A stretch of DNA of 64,000 nucleotides from Phoronis australis (lineage: Eukaryota; Animalia; Phoronida): NCBI GenBank assembly GCA_002633005.1, contig NMRA01000166.1, positions 62,001 to 126,000 on the forward strand. Reading direction: 5' to 3'. The position numbers and the translations under genes are program-made. The notes beneath the pieces were generated by a model. It did no database searches, was not told the DNA's origin, and was given only the letters and a program-made list of their open reading frames with translations. How positions within the stretch are numbered: position 1 is the first letter of the stretch; every line of letters starts with the position of its first letter. Shown one piece after another: positions 1 through 28,079 of the stretch.

Positions 1-929
1 ATGGACGCGATTGCTGCACTCTGTACTCGTACGCGGCGACGAACAGGTACGCGTAAAATACCAAGGTCGCGCATTTGCTTTACTCGTTTCGAAAAAATAT
101 TTCACGTTAACGTCGTTTCTTTGAATTCTCTCACCGCCGCCTATTGAACACGCATCCCAATAGGCGTAAACGATAAACGTAGGCGGCGGATGAAGGCCCC
201 GAACAGTACTGAGGGTGGCTTGGAGAAAGAAGCGCGTTCGTTGGATCGAGATCAGCGGACTGAAGCCACGACTTGTTAAAAAAAGGAGAAAAAAAAACGC
301 GCCAAAGCTTTGCAGCCACAAAACTTGACGCTTTACCGCCATGGGAACTAAAGGAAAGGACGCGTCTGGTGGGGGCGAGTGTCCAGGCGGCCACTTCAGA
401 ATTTTTCTTGTACGATGGACGGGAATCCAACATTGGGGGCTCGTTATTGTGAATTATATATTGGAATTAGCGCGTTGAATAACTAATTTAGCGCGTTGAT
501 TAAGCAATATTACGCGTTGGTTAAGCAAAAGTCCCCGTTGAATAACACATTTGGACGCGCAGAAAGGTCGCGAAAGCTCGTCCTTTTAACAATCTCTACT
601 ACAGGTTTATTCACTTTCCCTTGTGAGGGAATTTCCAGGAAAAAATAAAGAAATCACGATTTTTGATATACGCTCGAAAGAAATACTCTGTAGTCACTAC
701 TTATGATAAATGCGCGCATTCGCTTAAATTCATTCGATGAACGGCTGACTGACAAGCAATTCTCAAAGAATAATTCCAAGTGCATTTTAGAATGTATTTG
801 AATACTACGATAATTTTTTAACTAATTTTAAGCAGTTAGAATTTACACCAGTTGCCTCTTAATCTAATTGGCTGCTGGTAAAGTCCCCGTGTTTTGTTTT
901 CACCAAAGATCAAAGTTCACATTTTGCTG

Positions 930-1800
930 TTTCTTAAAAACAGGCTAAGGCCGAAAGTTAGACGATCTGTCTACCACTCGAAGTCAAAAGACAGAAATCC
1001 TTTGCTCAACAAAACGTTTCGAGAAATTCAAAAGACAAAAAGTCAATTTTCGGCTATTCGTAGTCACATTTCTGACTTTTGGCTAAAGGCAAAAGCCAGT
1101 AGTCAATTGCCGCTTCAATAAACAGGTCCATAGTGAAAGTGTAGTACAGCTGATGTTGAGTTTGATGTTTTTGACAAAATATGCATGATCCAGTGACAGT
1201 TGCTTGTTTATGCAGTGACAGACTTGGGGCTAAACATACATATATATATATCATGTCTTGATTTTGTTGACTAGTAGGCTTTAATACAATAAGTGGCCAT
1301 GGGTTTGCTGTTTTTTGTCTTTCGCCTAAAAGTCAGTCTACGGATGGCTTAGCCTGTTTTACGAAATCAGGCTACTAGTTAGACTAAAATTCAAAAAAAT
1401 CTGTCTACAACTTGAAGCCAAAAAACTCGGGAGCAGACTAAAACCCAAAGTCAAAACACAAAGTCGACTTTTGGCTTTTGTCTTTAGAAAGAAGTCAGAA
1501 ATCTAACTCAGTGTAAAGCGCCAAAAGTTGATTTTTGGTCTTTTAAAAGCGTTTCTCGAAACGTTTTGTCTTCTCGGCCCGTTTCTCGAAGAGATTTTTG
1601 TCTGTTGTGTTTTGACTACGAATAGGCAAAAGTTGATTTTTTGGTCTTGTCTTTTTCTTTTCTCAAAAGGTTTTGCCTTGTGTATATTTAAGCAGCTGTG
1701 GATTTATGTTTTTGACTTCGAGTTGTAGACAGATTGTGTGACCGTCAACCTCATCCTGTTTTCGTAAAACAGGCTAAGTCGTACGTAGACTCATTTTTTG
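930..1800. repeat. Foldback/palindromic non-autonomous repeat
   Basis: Modules aaaacaggctaag, tctgtctac..ctcgaagtcaaaa and aaaagtcaaaa recur in direct and inverted orientation (about 937-990, 1330-1450, 1700-1790); ends approximate. Confidence 0.5.
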
Positions 1801-2465
1801 CTGAAAGGTGAACGCCCATACAGCCGATTTCATATTTTAAAGGTGGTTTAACAAAACCAGGTTTAAGACTTATACCTGATCTTCCTAAACCTGGTCTAAT
1901 TTTAGACCTAACTTGCATTTCACCAATGTGGTTTAAAAGTCTGAAAGCCTGGTTTTGTTCGACCTGGGAGTCGGTTTAGTAAAATCAGGTTTTAAGTATC
2001 TACGCCACCCTGCTGTGTCGATCTGAATCAACCCAACAAAGAAACTATTGAAGTGCTTCAATGAAACCTTGATCACGTGGGTATACAAGGGCACACACTA
2101 GTAGAATCAGTGCAGGTATTTGCCAATTGGGTCTAAAAGCTTTTCACATGAAGAAAAATGTAATGTCTGCGCCCAACAGAAGAACACACATTAAAAGTAC
2201 ATGCTCACGATTAGCCGCAACATAATAAATGTCCCGAAATATATTTTCATGCCATTTTAGTGTTACTTTATTTTTCGCGGCCAAAGGGGGGGAGCAAGAC
2301 CCCTTACCGGCAACAGTAAACCGGAGACCAACGGAGGTGGAACTCAGAAGAATCAGAAGATGCTGTCTTCAGTCAAACCTGTAGCGATTACGACGATGAC
2401 GCCTTGCTCGACCAGTCGTTTTCTGAGGAATCCGCCGGACGCCATCCAGCACGTACTGGTCTACA

Positions 2466-2618
2466 CATAGGCGGAAATGGTCAAGGGGTCCAGGCCTCCT
2501 TTTCCCATGACTTTTGTGATATCAAATATATAATTTTCAAGTTATTGACTTGGTCCCCCTCTTTTAAAAAGCCCTCGATCGACCCCCTCTCCTTTAAAAA
2601 TGGTGGATCCGCCCCTGC
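2466..2618. mobile_element. Short MITE of the cataggcgga...atccgcc(c/a)ctg family
   Basis: Imperfect TIRs shared with the element at 12036-13041. Confidence 0.45.
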
Positions 2619-3003
2619 TACGTTTGATCTTGTGTCGTCGTAAAACTGAATATTGAAAATAGTCCATTTTCGCTCCAAAACTGCGTCGTAACTGCACACC
2701 ACGGCATTATTCTGTTGCACCTACATTGTATATCCTGCAAGTCTGTCCACCTTCATGAAATCGCCTGATAGAGTCTTCAAGAAGTAGGCCTCAGAACATT
2801 CTTATATTGCTTGCGTATCTGGTTATTTACAAAAGCAGTGCCTTTCTATCATATTGGATTTTTTTAGGAAGTGCGCAAGCGTATCAACCAGCACGCACAA
2901 TTATGTTGTCAGTTTGACAGACGTGATGAAGCAGGCATGAACATGTCTAGACAACGAATTACGTCAAATGCATTTCGTACGTCATCTTTTGTGTTGTTAG
3001 ATT

Positions 3004-3183
3004 ATGGACGACGAAAGCCCCACAAAGCCAACGGCAAACCCAACAGAAACTCTCCAACTTCTGAAGCCGGACAACGAACAGTCGAAGTCGCGTTTACTTG
3101 GATTGACTATCAGTGCACAGGCTCAAACTCAAATTAGGCGGTTACCAAAAACGCTTGGACTTGTATCAGTTTGGATAACCATG
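3004..3183 (+). CDS. MFS transporter exon 1
   Basis: ATG..ATG|gtatga; encodes MDDESP...TLGLVSVWITM. Confidence 0.75.
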
Positions 3184-6100
3184 GTATGAATTTGTTTTAA
3201 CTGTTTTCACAATTGAAACCATCCTCATACTCATCATCACTTAAACATGTTTCATCTATCTATCACATTTACTGTAAAATATGAAGAAAAGAACAACAGT
3301 AGTATATTTTTTATCCATTTCACAGCACACGTCGGCCATCTTGCTGTGTGTCGCAGCCCAACTAGACGTTCATTCCAACCTGGTACACGGCTCGATCTCG
3401 TTGCTTATGGGAAACCAATGCGCCGAGTGGCAGTTCACTTTTTAAAAAATCTAAATCCAAGATAGGGTTATATCGTGAAAGGCTTTGGGATGCTTGACTT
3501 CCCAAGTTTTTCTTTCTGCTCTACGAAGTCAAGCCATGCAGCTGGTTCTGTTTACCTGGCTATTTGACTAAAGGGACTCATGAAAGATTTTTTTTCAGCG
3601 CCCAGCAACGGAGCAACAATTTCCTATAAGATCACAAAAACGCAACAGATTTTACATTTTCATGACTATGGGTCAAAACTAAAAATCCAAGAACTCAATC
3701 CTTCCCAAAAAGATAACAGGTCCCAAATGGCATTTACGAAAATTAATCACAATTAAAATGGTTTTTATATTGTTCCTTAATTCTTTGTATATGATATTCA
3801 ACGCCAACAGTGCCATCTCGCATAAAGACACGTTTGAAGTGGAGCAGAAATAATCTATAAATTCCTCCTAGATCTTGGTAGCCTTGGGTAACTCGTCTTA
3901 TTAAAACCTCGAAATTGCCTGGAACACAAACACGAAAGTTCGACTAATAAACATAATGATACTGCCGTAGTAGAGCATTTGATTGGGAACTGGAAGGTCT
4001 TGAGTTCAAATCCGCTTGAACACGAAGATTTACTAGATTATATTTTGAATTTCTAATACCAAAATCATGTAGCCAATACCATGATCATTTCAGGTCAAAG
4101 TGTTGTGAAATTTAAGTAATGGGGGAATTTTCATTCCGCAAAAACGTGTCGAAACAATGTTTTTCGGTAAGATTGTTCTGTTTTCATGTACGTCACCCTC
4201 AGTCACACGGGAACCACTTAAAAAACATCACAGGCTCATTATTTACAGCGCCATGCCAATTGCACTCTGATACCAGAGGTAGATGTAAAAGGTGTCGTAA
4301 CACTATGGGACGTGTTTTAACAAAATATAATTAACGCCTAGAAACTTCTCTGATTGGCGAATCCCAGCTTGCCGCGAACATCGGGATTGCAGGGCCTTCG
4401 CGATTGAATATTGTATTTTTGGATTGAATTTTGCTCTTTTTCGTTCAATACCAACGAAAATGGTTTCTCTTACTAACATGGTCTACTCATAAACAGCGCA
4501 CATGTTTGAATAATCCTTTTTGGGAATTACACTCAGCATCTCGTTCGATTAAAGCCTGAAGGCATTTCCCTTGTGGTTTACCCTCGAGTTGTGTTGACAA
4601 AGAATGAAGAAACTAGGATCGGCCTCATTCCATGAAACAGGAGACAGTCAATTTAAATGTGGGCCCACGATCTAATCTTTGTAATCCAAAACTCGACTCC
4701 AAATTAGACCAATACTCCATGGCACGCGTACGCTTCGAGTATACTTGCCAAACTTGGACATTTGTGGTCGAATAATGCGGCAATTTCAGGTCTGAATCGG
4801 AGATTAGACCCTGGGATCTGAAGTGTCCTGGTTTTCATAAATGGATGATTAGAGGATATAAATTTTATTTTCATCGATAGCGAGGTATTCATGACATGTT
4901 ACCAGCGGTAGATCCTACTTCTACCGCGAGTACCGAAATGTTGCCAATCCGTCCAAGCGATTTGGATAACTAGACAAAATGGCAACTTAGACAATTGGGT
5001 TTCAATCAAATAAAACGTGGGAAAATCATGAATTAACCCTTTTCTTAGCCTTTCATTCATGGGCACTGGCATGGCATGTGACATTCGCCATTCTTCGGTT
5101 ATTTGCTTTTTTGCGTGAAGGTGATTTATTTCTTCTCGACCTTCTGTGAATATCAAATAAACATTTCACGAAAATCTTTATTCTAAATTCATGAAATGCA
5201 AAGTACTACTTCATTTGTATTTTATGTCATTGAGTAATTTATTCCAGGGCATGGTGATGGCGGCACAGTCTGTGACTTTGCCCGACATGTTGCCGCGCAT
5301 TGACGCCAACTACGAAACAATAGCGTGGGCGATAGCCTTAGGCTCTCTTACGTGCATAGTTTTGATCCCCTTTGGAGTTTTCTGCGACAGATATTACAAG
5401 AGGTAAGACGCGACAGCGGTCTTGGGCACCAAGTAACACGAATCCACGAATGTATAACGAGTTATTTTGCAGACTGGCTCCTTCTGATGTTTTCTTTCTT
5501 TTTACCGAATGCTTAATATGTTATCTATGGTCTATCTGATTTCCAAGAAAGAAATCAGTAAAAAAGCAAATCGCAGATCTGCATCGAACCTTCTAAATAT
5601 GACGAGTACAAATGGGCGTTTTTTGGTTTCTAATGAAAACGGCCTCACGATTGCGTCATAAATGACCCGAGCATGACCCCTGTTGTTTTTCCCTTAATTG
5701 TGTTACTTGACATCATAAATGGCGCTGTGGGTTACGTTTGTACACGAGTTCGTGCTTAGGTTGTAGCTTAGGGCTCAATTCCATTTTAAGAAAGAGAGCA
5801 AATCGAGCAAGATTCAAGGATCGAGTAAAGTCAGTTTTTCTTGTAATAGTGTTAGAGTAAGTACTTAAATTTTCCAGTCAGTCATAGTTTCTTTAAAACA
5901 GAAGACGAAATATACGTAATTGGTGGTCAAAGAAAATTTTTCCCACTGGGCATATGAAGCTTGGATATTTTAATACACGCAGGATGTTGTTTCACGTATT
6001 AGTATCTCGGCTATGCTATAAATTAATGGCGCAAGCTGTGCACAATATAGCTGAAGGCGTCCACAAAATCGTCTGCCTCTTATCTTTTTCACTTCCTTTG

Positions 6101-9100
6101 ACGTAAACATGGAATTTTAGGAACATGTCTCTTATTTTCAGCGTGAATCTAGTCATGTGCGTGTCCCTAATGATGATCAGCGTCGCATGTGCAGCGTTGC
6201 CATGGTCACGTTCCTTGGGACAGTTTTGTCTAATTAATACTGTCATTGTGTTCTCTCATACGATTCAAAACCCAAGTAAGTGTTGTTTGTGTGTTTTCCC
6301 GGAGGTCTTTATTACCACATTGTCTTTACTGGCGCATGGTTCTTGTTTTACATGGAAAGATAGAACTCCATCTCCGATAAATTGGGCAAAACGACCCGCC
6401 TCAGATTGCTTCGAATATGAACCTCTGTAGCTGGCACCTTCCTCACTGCTGTTGAATTCTCTAGCAAATAAAGTGGAAAACAATGCGTTATATACCCGGG
6501 GTTACGTTCCGTAGACGCACTCGCCAAAAACAAGAACGCGCAAGACCCCGCAAAAATCACGCAAACGAAAGGCATTTTCGAACATCTAGTTACCAAACGT
6601 AACGCAAACATGGCGATAGCATACTGTAAACCCGGACTTGGAAGACATACCCGGAAGCTAGTGACAGTCTAAACAAAACAACACCGTGCAAAACATCGCA
6701 AAATTGCTACTACGAACACGTACAATATGCCTGTTTATAGCGGCTACCATATAGCACTATGCCATATAAACACAATTGGTTCAAATGGTGTCGTGATATG
6801 TTCAGTAGCTCCTATTTTCAAAAAATGACGAGCAAAAATAATGATTGATTTCTTTTCTTTTCTTTTTGTACTCAACTCTTACCAGTTTCGGGTGGGGGGA
6901 AGTCTTGCTGTGCTATTAAGTGCCAAATCTAGATTAGTTCGCTTTTTATGCTCATCGGCGACAGCAAACACGGAAATGGCGTGTCACAATTCAGCATGGC
7001 GATCAAATACTGTCTGTTCTTTAGAATAGCTGATTTCTCCAACAAAAATGAGTTTCCCTGAGAGTAGATGATATTTAATAAATAGAAATTCGGAACCAAC
7101 TCCGCGCCGCTCCACGACGAGACCGCCGGGAAGAGTAGGATATGATTGCAACGCTTTCAATTCATGAACATGCAATACGTCTATCGGACTTTTAATACAA
7201 CTATTTAGCTGTCACAAGACACATTATGAACTGTCACTGTTGCAGGCAAGTTTCCCTGTACACAAGTGCATTGAACATTAAAACTGCCATGTAATGCTCT
7301 GCATGAACGTATGGAAACATGGAAATGTAGCGCTGAAGTGGGATGTCTTGATATTTTTTCATTCGCCAAAACTCTCTTTAGCATGGATTTCTTTTTTCGT
7401 TTTTTTTCCGGTCCCAACTTCGTAAATCTTGACCATTCCACCTAAAAGTTCACTTACAAGTTAGCCACACACGTATGCCAAAACATCTGGGACATGTCAT
7501 GCTTCCACATCTGCCCCATTCTACCATCAAAGTCGGCCAGGAAGTGACGTAACAGGCCTAATAAAAGGTTTTCTTAGCCCCGCCCCTGCGCGAATTTGAA
7601 ACTGGAAGCTTCGAGGTGGCAGTGAAACGTTCTGGTGGCCGCCAGAGCTAACCCACTGGATAAGTGGCAAAGTACTGAGCGTAGTTAACAAGTAAAAGTA
7701 CACACCTTGACTTCAGGTAATCTGTCAGGCAATGGCGAGAAATAGTGAAGTGAAATAAAATCACAAAACAACGGGTTTCATTGTGGTCAAAGCTAATAAC
7801 TTCAAAGGTCCACTCCATCCAACAGTAACTCTAAAAATGTACCTTTGATAATGAACACAAAATGATGTATAGATCCAGGAGCACAATAATTTGTAAGTGC
7901 GAATTCTGCTCTGAAAACATGGAAAATCGTCTACAACTTGCAAGTTGACGCATTTCTGCACTGTCTGCATGTTGTTTTATTTCATATGTGAATCACTTAG
8001 TCGGCTTTTATCTCATACAACCGCTAAAACTAACCTACCTTCCTTCTGCCAAAAGACTAACTTTTGGTTCAGACCATTTGCCTTTATAATAATGGTCTCG
8101 ACGCAAAGTGATTTCTGGGATAAAAAAGACACTTTGTTATTGCTAGTCCATGGACCATGCTGGTTGCCCCGTAAAATACCAACCCGGCCCGCCTGCCCGT
8201 GTCATGCCAATGTATTGAACCTGCTTTCGACCTATTATGAAAAAACTGCCACCAAGTTCTTCCAAAATTACGAAACAATTGGGCCCAATCATAGACGAAT
8301 AATTTAATCATGTTTCTCTTTTTCAGTCGGAAATTTTATGATGGCAACCTTATGGAAAGAAGACGCTTCCTGTCCACTCCATATGATGCACCTCGGTTGG
8401 GGAGTTGGAGCCTTTGTGGCACCAATCCTATTCCGACCCTTCCTGTCTCCGGATCACGAAAAACTGGACAAAATGTTAAGCGGCACAGTAACTGTTGGAG
8501 TTTTCGACTTACCGGGTAACACTACGCTGTTGGTTGACGGATCACAAATAAAATCAACAATAGAAGTTCCTTATAGCATATTAAGCGGAATAAACGTGAT
8601 ATGCGCCATTCTTTTCCTTGGGTTTCATTTTCTTGGGTCCGAAATGCAACTCAATTACGAACACACGAGCAGAACGTTTAAGGAAACAATCCTGGACTTT
8701 TGTCATCCTCGAAAGTGGGCGTATGGCAGTGCGAGTTACGGTACAGTAATTTTAATCGGAATGATAGCGTACTATACAGGTCTGGAAGCTTTGGGAACCC
8801 CGTTTCATCTGTTTTTGTTTTCGTTTGCTGTGGAAAGTGAGTTCAAGTTTCCAAAGCAGGAAGCGGCAGTTTTAGAAGCAGTGTTCGACTTGATGTATTC
8901 TGTTGGAAGAATCGTTTTCGGTATTCTTACTATATTCTTACCACTCGAAGTTTTACTGTTTACTGAACTGACTGGTGTTTTGATTGTTTTAGTCTGCATG
9001 TCGTTGTTCCTTTATTCGAAATACCACTTGTGGTTTTACGTCTGCATCTACGCGTTCTTGTGCGGTCCCCTGTGGCCTGGTGGCTTATCGTGGAGCAACA

Positions 9101-9318
9101 AGTACATCTTATTCACGGCTACGTTCGCCACGTGGATTCACGTAGCGCCACAGTTAATGAGCATGGGAAGTAAATGGTTAGTGGGATATCTATTCGAGTA
9201 CATTGGGCCTATGTACGCTCTTTACTTTGGATTAGGTTCTGGAATTTTTGTGTGCTCAACAATGATCGTGTTACAGTTATTTGTGTGGCTGAGACAAAGA
9301 AGGAAGGATAAAGAGTGA
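3004..9318 (+). CDS. MFS transporter, MFSD4/sodium-dependent glucose transporter 1 (NAGLT1)-like; join(3004-3183,5248-5402,6142-6275,8327-9318), 486 aa
   Basis: Four exons join in phase (0,2,1) at GT-AG sites into 1461 nt with a terminal TGA. Many hydrophobic TM segments. MFSD4-type motifs: TLPD near the N-terminus, HMMHLGWGVGAFVAP, YSVGRIVFGIL, GPLWPGGLSW. Confidence 0.85.
5248..5402 (+). CDS. MFS transporter exon 2
   Basis: ttccag|GGC...AAG AG|gtaaga; encodes GMVMAAQSVTLPDML...DRYYK. Confidence 0.85.
6142..6275 (+). CDS. MFS transporter exon 3
   Basis: ttttcag|C GTG...CCA A|gtaagt; encodes VNLVMCVSLMMISVACAALPWSRSL. Confidence 0.85.
8327..9318 (+). CDS. MFS transporter exon 4 (large terminal exon)
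   Basis: tttttcag|TC GGA AAT, in frame with the 326-aa multi-TM ORF 8338-9318. Confidence 0.9.
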
Positions 9319-10409
9319 AACGAATTTGAATAAAACATTGTGGACATGCCATTTTCTTTTGTATTGTCATTAACACAGACACGCAACTTGAACTCTGAAA
9401 ATATTATCATTTATCATATCCAGTTTCGTGATTTGTTAAAACGTCAACATTTTAATGCGTTGAATAATTGAGTTATGCCTACATATAACGATACAATATT
9501 GGCAATCAATACAAGTTAATTTAAGCACCAAACCATCCACCGTAATTTCCCAGTAACAATCGTCACTTCTTGATAGAAACTTCCGTTACATTGACGTTCA
9601 TTGTTCATAACTTTTAACCTTCCTGAAAGCCTTCCTCGTGCGGATTTCTTGTTATTCTGGATGTATTGCAGTATCCAAATAGTCCCAGTAATGCATTATC
9701 AACAGAAGGAAAACACTGAAACACAGTCACGTCAAATGATATGTGAAATACCCTTTCAGACAGCGTCATATTGTGTTAACGCGGCAAAACAGCAAACAGG
9801 GCACGGTAGCTTAGAACATTCCCCACTACCCACATAATTATGGGAACAAATCTGCTATAAACTTGGCCTTCAAATAATTTAAAAACTAATTTTTGATTTA
9901 CCCCAATTACCGTTATAAAATTCCAGTGCCAAGTTTTCGCCTGAGACGAGTGACCCGTTTTGCTCACTACGGTCGGGAACGATCAGCGTTGTCTGGCGTC
10001 AGCACTTCAGGTTTTGAGCCCGATCCCTCAGCGGGAGACAGTTAAAATATGCGTCTCAGATGACCAACTTGGTTGTGGCTCTCCACTGTTAAATTTTTAA
10101 TTCACGCTTTTACAGACGCGACAAAGTTGTTTTTACCTACGTCTAAAGGATTACGCGTCAGCAACTTCGAATGAAAAATTGTCTTACAATGAGAGGAGTT
10201 ACATTAATTTGAAGAGTGAAAGTCACGGCACCAGCACAATGCGGTCTGCTTGTAAACTGCTTTGTGGAGAAACTTGACACCCCAGTTGTATATTTTGTGT
10301 AAATGAATTAGGCACAACACCATTATCCAGGTAGAAATTGTGTAAATCGAATCAGGTCTTTGTCCTCAAGACTGAGAAAACTTGGCTATGAAATCGATTT
10401 AAAATTGCT

Positions 10410-10585
10410 CCTTATTCACAAATACAGGGGATTTCTGGGCTTGGGAAGACCTGTTACTGCCCGAGAGCATGCTGAATAAGTTTTCTTGACACGGAGGGAA
10501 ATTTTATGCGCCGAGCATAGCCTCAATCAGTAACGAATAGCGAGTGCCCAGTCTCCCAAGCCCAGAAATCACATGAGTAAGGAAG
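10410..10585. repeat. Hairpin MITE
   Basis: ccttattca..gatttctgggcttgggaagac pairs with gtctcccaagcccagaaatc..tgagtaagg. Confidence 0.55.
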
Positions 10586-12035
10586 AAGTTGAGTCCAGGT
10601 TTATAACGGTAAGTGGTCTGAATTAAAAGTTATCCCATTTGGCAAAAGGTGGGCTTATACCAGTTTTTACATGAAGTCGGCCTGACTTATACGGTGACTC
10701 GTTATATATGTATATGTATATGTATGTGTGTATATATATATATATATGTATATGTATATATTTGCTGCTTTTGGGCTGGAAAATCAGAACACGCATCTAC
10801 AACTCTGTCTCTTTTCCAAAGGGATTACAGAGTCTGAAAATATGAAGAGTGGAGTCCGACCCAAATACTTAAAATCCATGTGCATATCTGAGATAAGCGG
10901 TGCGAGGATAGTTCCGTAGTTTTTTTTTTCAGAAGATAGCACGATCACGCAAGAGTCTCGAGTGAACGGGCTGAAACTTTCGAGAATACGGTTGCGTGCT
11001 TACTCGCATGCCCGGATCCTGGCAACTGAATTAATTGCTCGACGAGTTTGATCCAATACACTGTATTCGTTCCATGAGCGAATACTTTTCGCCGCAGGCT
11101 GCCTGTATGCTCATCTTGAGGTCTAAGGAACGTAGCCTTGGAATTGATTTGCACAATTTTGGTACCATCTGACACAGCGCCACCTATACTGAAAAGCGGC
11201 CCTGTGGAGGTATAAAAGTGTACCGTATTGGAGTCGAGCACCTTCTTCAGCTGCCCGTTTTAATAAATTGCAACTATTAAAGTAAAAAATGGTCGCCATA
11301 CTACGTAACAGTATACTGAAATGGGTTCCCAGATTTCAACCAATGGGAATGAGTGAATGTTATGACGTCGGTTTCATTACTGTAAAAATAAGACACGATA
11401 AACAACATTCCACAGTGCTACCTTTCGTAACAGTGTGAAAGAGTGTACAACTGTGGCAGAAGCTTTCAGTTTGATTCCGATCGGTGTTTTTCACAAAATT
11501 TTGTTATGGCTTACAAAAAGTACGAGGTTATATTTTTCACACTCGTGTCAATTCGGGAGATGTACGCGGTGCTGACGGTTGTCGGCTCATTAACACAACA
11601 AGTAACTTGACTCGTGCAAATAACGTAATGACAGAAAACAGCGTTTGTCACTTGTTTTCACCAAAATTGAAAGCAAGAGATCACTGCAACATGCTTTTTG
11701 GTGCAACCATCACAAAAAACAAAGTATTGAAAACAAGCCTCATGAAATGCAAGTCTCCTTTTGCGCGAAGATTCTCGAGGAAAGCGAAGTCCATCACGCT
11801 GAATCCAAATATTACCACCTAAAATTCGTCCACAGATGTCTGTGATGTGGCGGATGTCAACGAGCCAGCATTACCAAATAAAAACATGCGGGGGCAAAGT
11901 ATAGGCCAACTTTGGCAAATTAGTTAAAACTGTTACTTGATATACTGTATTTTCAATAGCACCGTTCACAAAGACGTGTTTGTTCATTGTAGGTAACACG
12001 TACTCTCAAGCACGAGAGTCCGTTTTGACGATATA

Positions 12036-13041
12036 CATAGGCGGATTTAGAGGGGGGGCAGGGGACCCCCCCCCCCTTGGCTACCGCAAAAAAACGTAAA
12101 ACAGCAAGAGCGTAGGGAAATGTTGAGTTTATTAATTAACCCCGGTAATTAAAATTATGCGGATGAAACGAGATTTAAATGTGTGCAGTTTTTGTGTTGA
12201 GGGGGTGGGGGCTCAGATCCAATTTCAAGTGTCAAATTCGGAACACGGAGCAATCGTAACCGAACAACTATGGCTAAGTATAGGCTCCCTCGCGATATCC
12301 CAGGCGACCGGCAGTGGCGCTGCGCACTACAACCCCGTTTCCGTCGTCTGCTCCGCTGTGCAATGGAAAAAATTACTTCATTTTTTAAAGAAAATGGAAC
12401 CTGAGTGACGATGAAAAAACAGAAGCTGCTGGTAAGATGTGAATTTTAATCGAAGCCTTAGTGAATCATTCAAAAACTCATAATTCTCTCTTTGTCAAAC
12501 TGTCTTAAGACGATTTCCAAAGCAATCCCGTCATTATTGCCAGCACGAAAAACGGATTTGGTCTTTTGGCCAATTGAAGACTATTTTAAATACAACAAAT
12601 TTGTTACGAACCGATTGCACAAAATATAAAACGTGTAATAAGCATTACAAAAAGAAGTAGGTTTCGCGCGCAAACGCTGTGGACCATAAACAAGCAGGTC
12701 TCTTAGTATATTAGGAGTAAATCGTGGTTTAGTGGTAACGCACGCGGGCTCTATTCGCCAGGTCGTGAGTTCGAGTCTATGGTATTTTCAGTTTTCCCTG
12801 TTTCATACGTTTTCCGTGTTTTTTTTTTTTTTTTGCCTTGTTTTTGGATAACACTTCAGGAATCAAGGAAAATGCTCGATTTTTAGAGGAAAAAACAGAA
12901 AATTTTCCTGGGCGGGAGGGAGGCAAACCCCCCTCCCGACCTCCCCCATTCGGTGCTATGCGCATCTACAATCGTGGTTTGCGCAAATGCTTACAGACAA
13001 AATGTTGGGTCCCCCCTTGTGATATCCTAGATCCGCCACTG
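12036..13041. mobile_element. ~1-kb non-autonomous DNA transposon (hAT/P-like CA..TG ends)
   Basis: TIR-like ends cataggcggatttag / ctagatccgccactg with G/C-run subterminals. 12036-12700 is closely similar to 28080-28697. No clear TSD. Confidence 0.7.
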
Positions 13042-13332
13042 TACAGGGTCGGGGAGACCTTTTCACTGAGCAACTGAGGTCATACAATATTGATAATGAC
13101 GAATTAATCGGAAGAAATACAGCCATGAAGTAAAATCAGTCAAAATTATTAGGTAAATGAACAGAAACTTTGTTACTGTGTGTCGAAATCACAAAGTCAT
13201 TACAATATTGCGCCAAAGTAACACAAATGTAGTGTTTCAAGGCCTTCTGTCTGGCCCTTAAAATCTCCCAAGATACCTCATACTATGATTGGTTTGTTTT
13301 TCTTCATTAAGATTCTCTGAACAGATTTTTAT

Positions 13333-26951
<13,619 letters not shown>

Positions 26952-27429
26952 GTTTGTGTTAGTAACAGCAGTGCCCTGTTGACGGCCAACAGCGGGTGAA
27001 TGTCGGTCGACCAAAGACCCTTTTGGACCGCTCAGGCGCACCTAGCGGAGGTCTTGAGAGTTCACGAACCAAGTTCAGGAGTAAGACTACTGTACCAGTG
27101 GCTGATTTTGACCTTTTCACTGGCCTGGGTCAATCAAAACCCTTGTTTGCACAGCTGTCTCAGACACCTGAAAAGGCATAACTGACAGAAAGTATACTCT
27201 ATGGGTTTCTCAAAAATGTAGAAAACCAACAAAGCCATGTCTTTTTACCTTGCTACATCCAACGTGAAAAAATCGACCAAAAAGTGCGATTTTGGCCATA
27301 TATACTTCTATTAGTCTTCAATGGCCTTAGTATATAAACAGTCTCCAACTGGCTGCAGGCTGACCTCACATTAGGCGTCAATTGGTGTAAAAGATAACCC
27401 AAGCTCATGGCAGTGAGGAAGCACAAAAA

Positions 27430-27925
27430 GCCAATATTATGAAACGTTCATATTCAAATTACATAACCTCGTTGAAGACAATACTAGACTTTTTGTAAGC
27501 GAGCTTGATACTAGTACGTTCGTAATTTCGGAACAGTCGCCTTTCTTCTGGTGTGCAGGTATTGTTCGCGTGATGAACTGTTGTCCCTTCAGACCTAATT
27601 GCTGGAGTCCAATTCTATATTAAAGTTCACGAATGAATTGCCTGTCTGTGAAACGTTGCCTTTTCTCGATGTCCTTATACATTATTATGACGGTGGCCTT
27701 CGTACTTCAGTTTATCATAAACCTGCGGATATCAGTATTGGTGCCTGTTTACATGCTAAAAGTCATTGGGCTGAACAAGCCAGCGGTTTTGACTAGTTAC
27801 CGCAAGAGGGCGCACTAGATATCATCTGATTGGCAAGCATTCAACGTTGAAGTTCAACGCATCAAACAAGTTCTAGTTAACAATGGTTCGTATTATTTTG
27901 TTGATAAGCATGTTAGGTCTTTCAT
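27430..27925 (+). mobile_element. Penelope-like retroelement RT fragment with an inverted 5' segment
   Basis: LKFTNELPVCETLPFLDVLI...LRTSVYHKP...RIKQVLVNNG (RT thumb). The minus strand of about 27460-27555 reads PEERRLFRNYERTSIKLAYKKSSIVFNE, resembling a PLE N-terminus. Confidence 0.72.
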
Positions 27926-28079
27926 ATTTAGGATCGACGCTAGTACTAGGATCACTAAAAACGTGTATTATAAGAACTGCATGTCTAAAATAATTATCTG
28001 AGTGACGAACATACATGTGCTTAAGAATACTGTAAGGGATAACGTTAAGGTGGGTCAAATCCAGTAGTAGATTGAATGT

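Noticed and set aside
131-560. 100-aa minus ORF and ~22-bp cgcgttg repeats at the window start
   Set aside because: No recognisable protein motif; probably part of a repeat element truncated by the window edge and not classifiable.
3960-4022. tRNA-like sequence (similar ones at about 12720-12780 and 32280-32346)
   Set aside because: A/B-box-like motifs only; acceptor and anticodon stems do not pair, so these are likely SINE relics.
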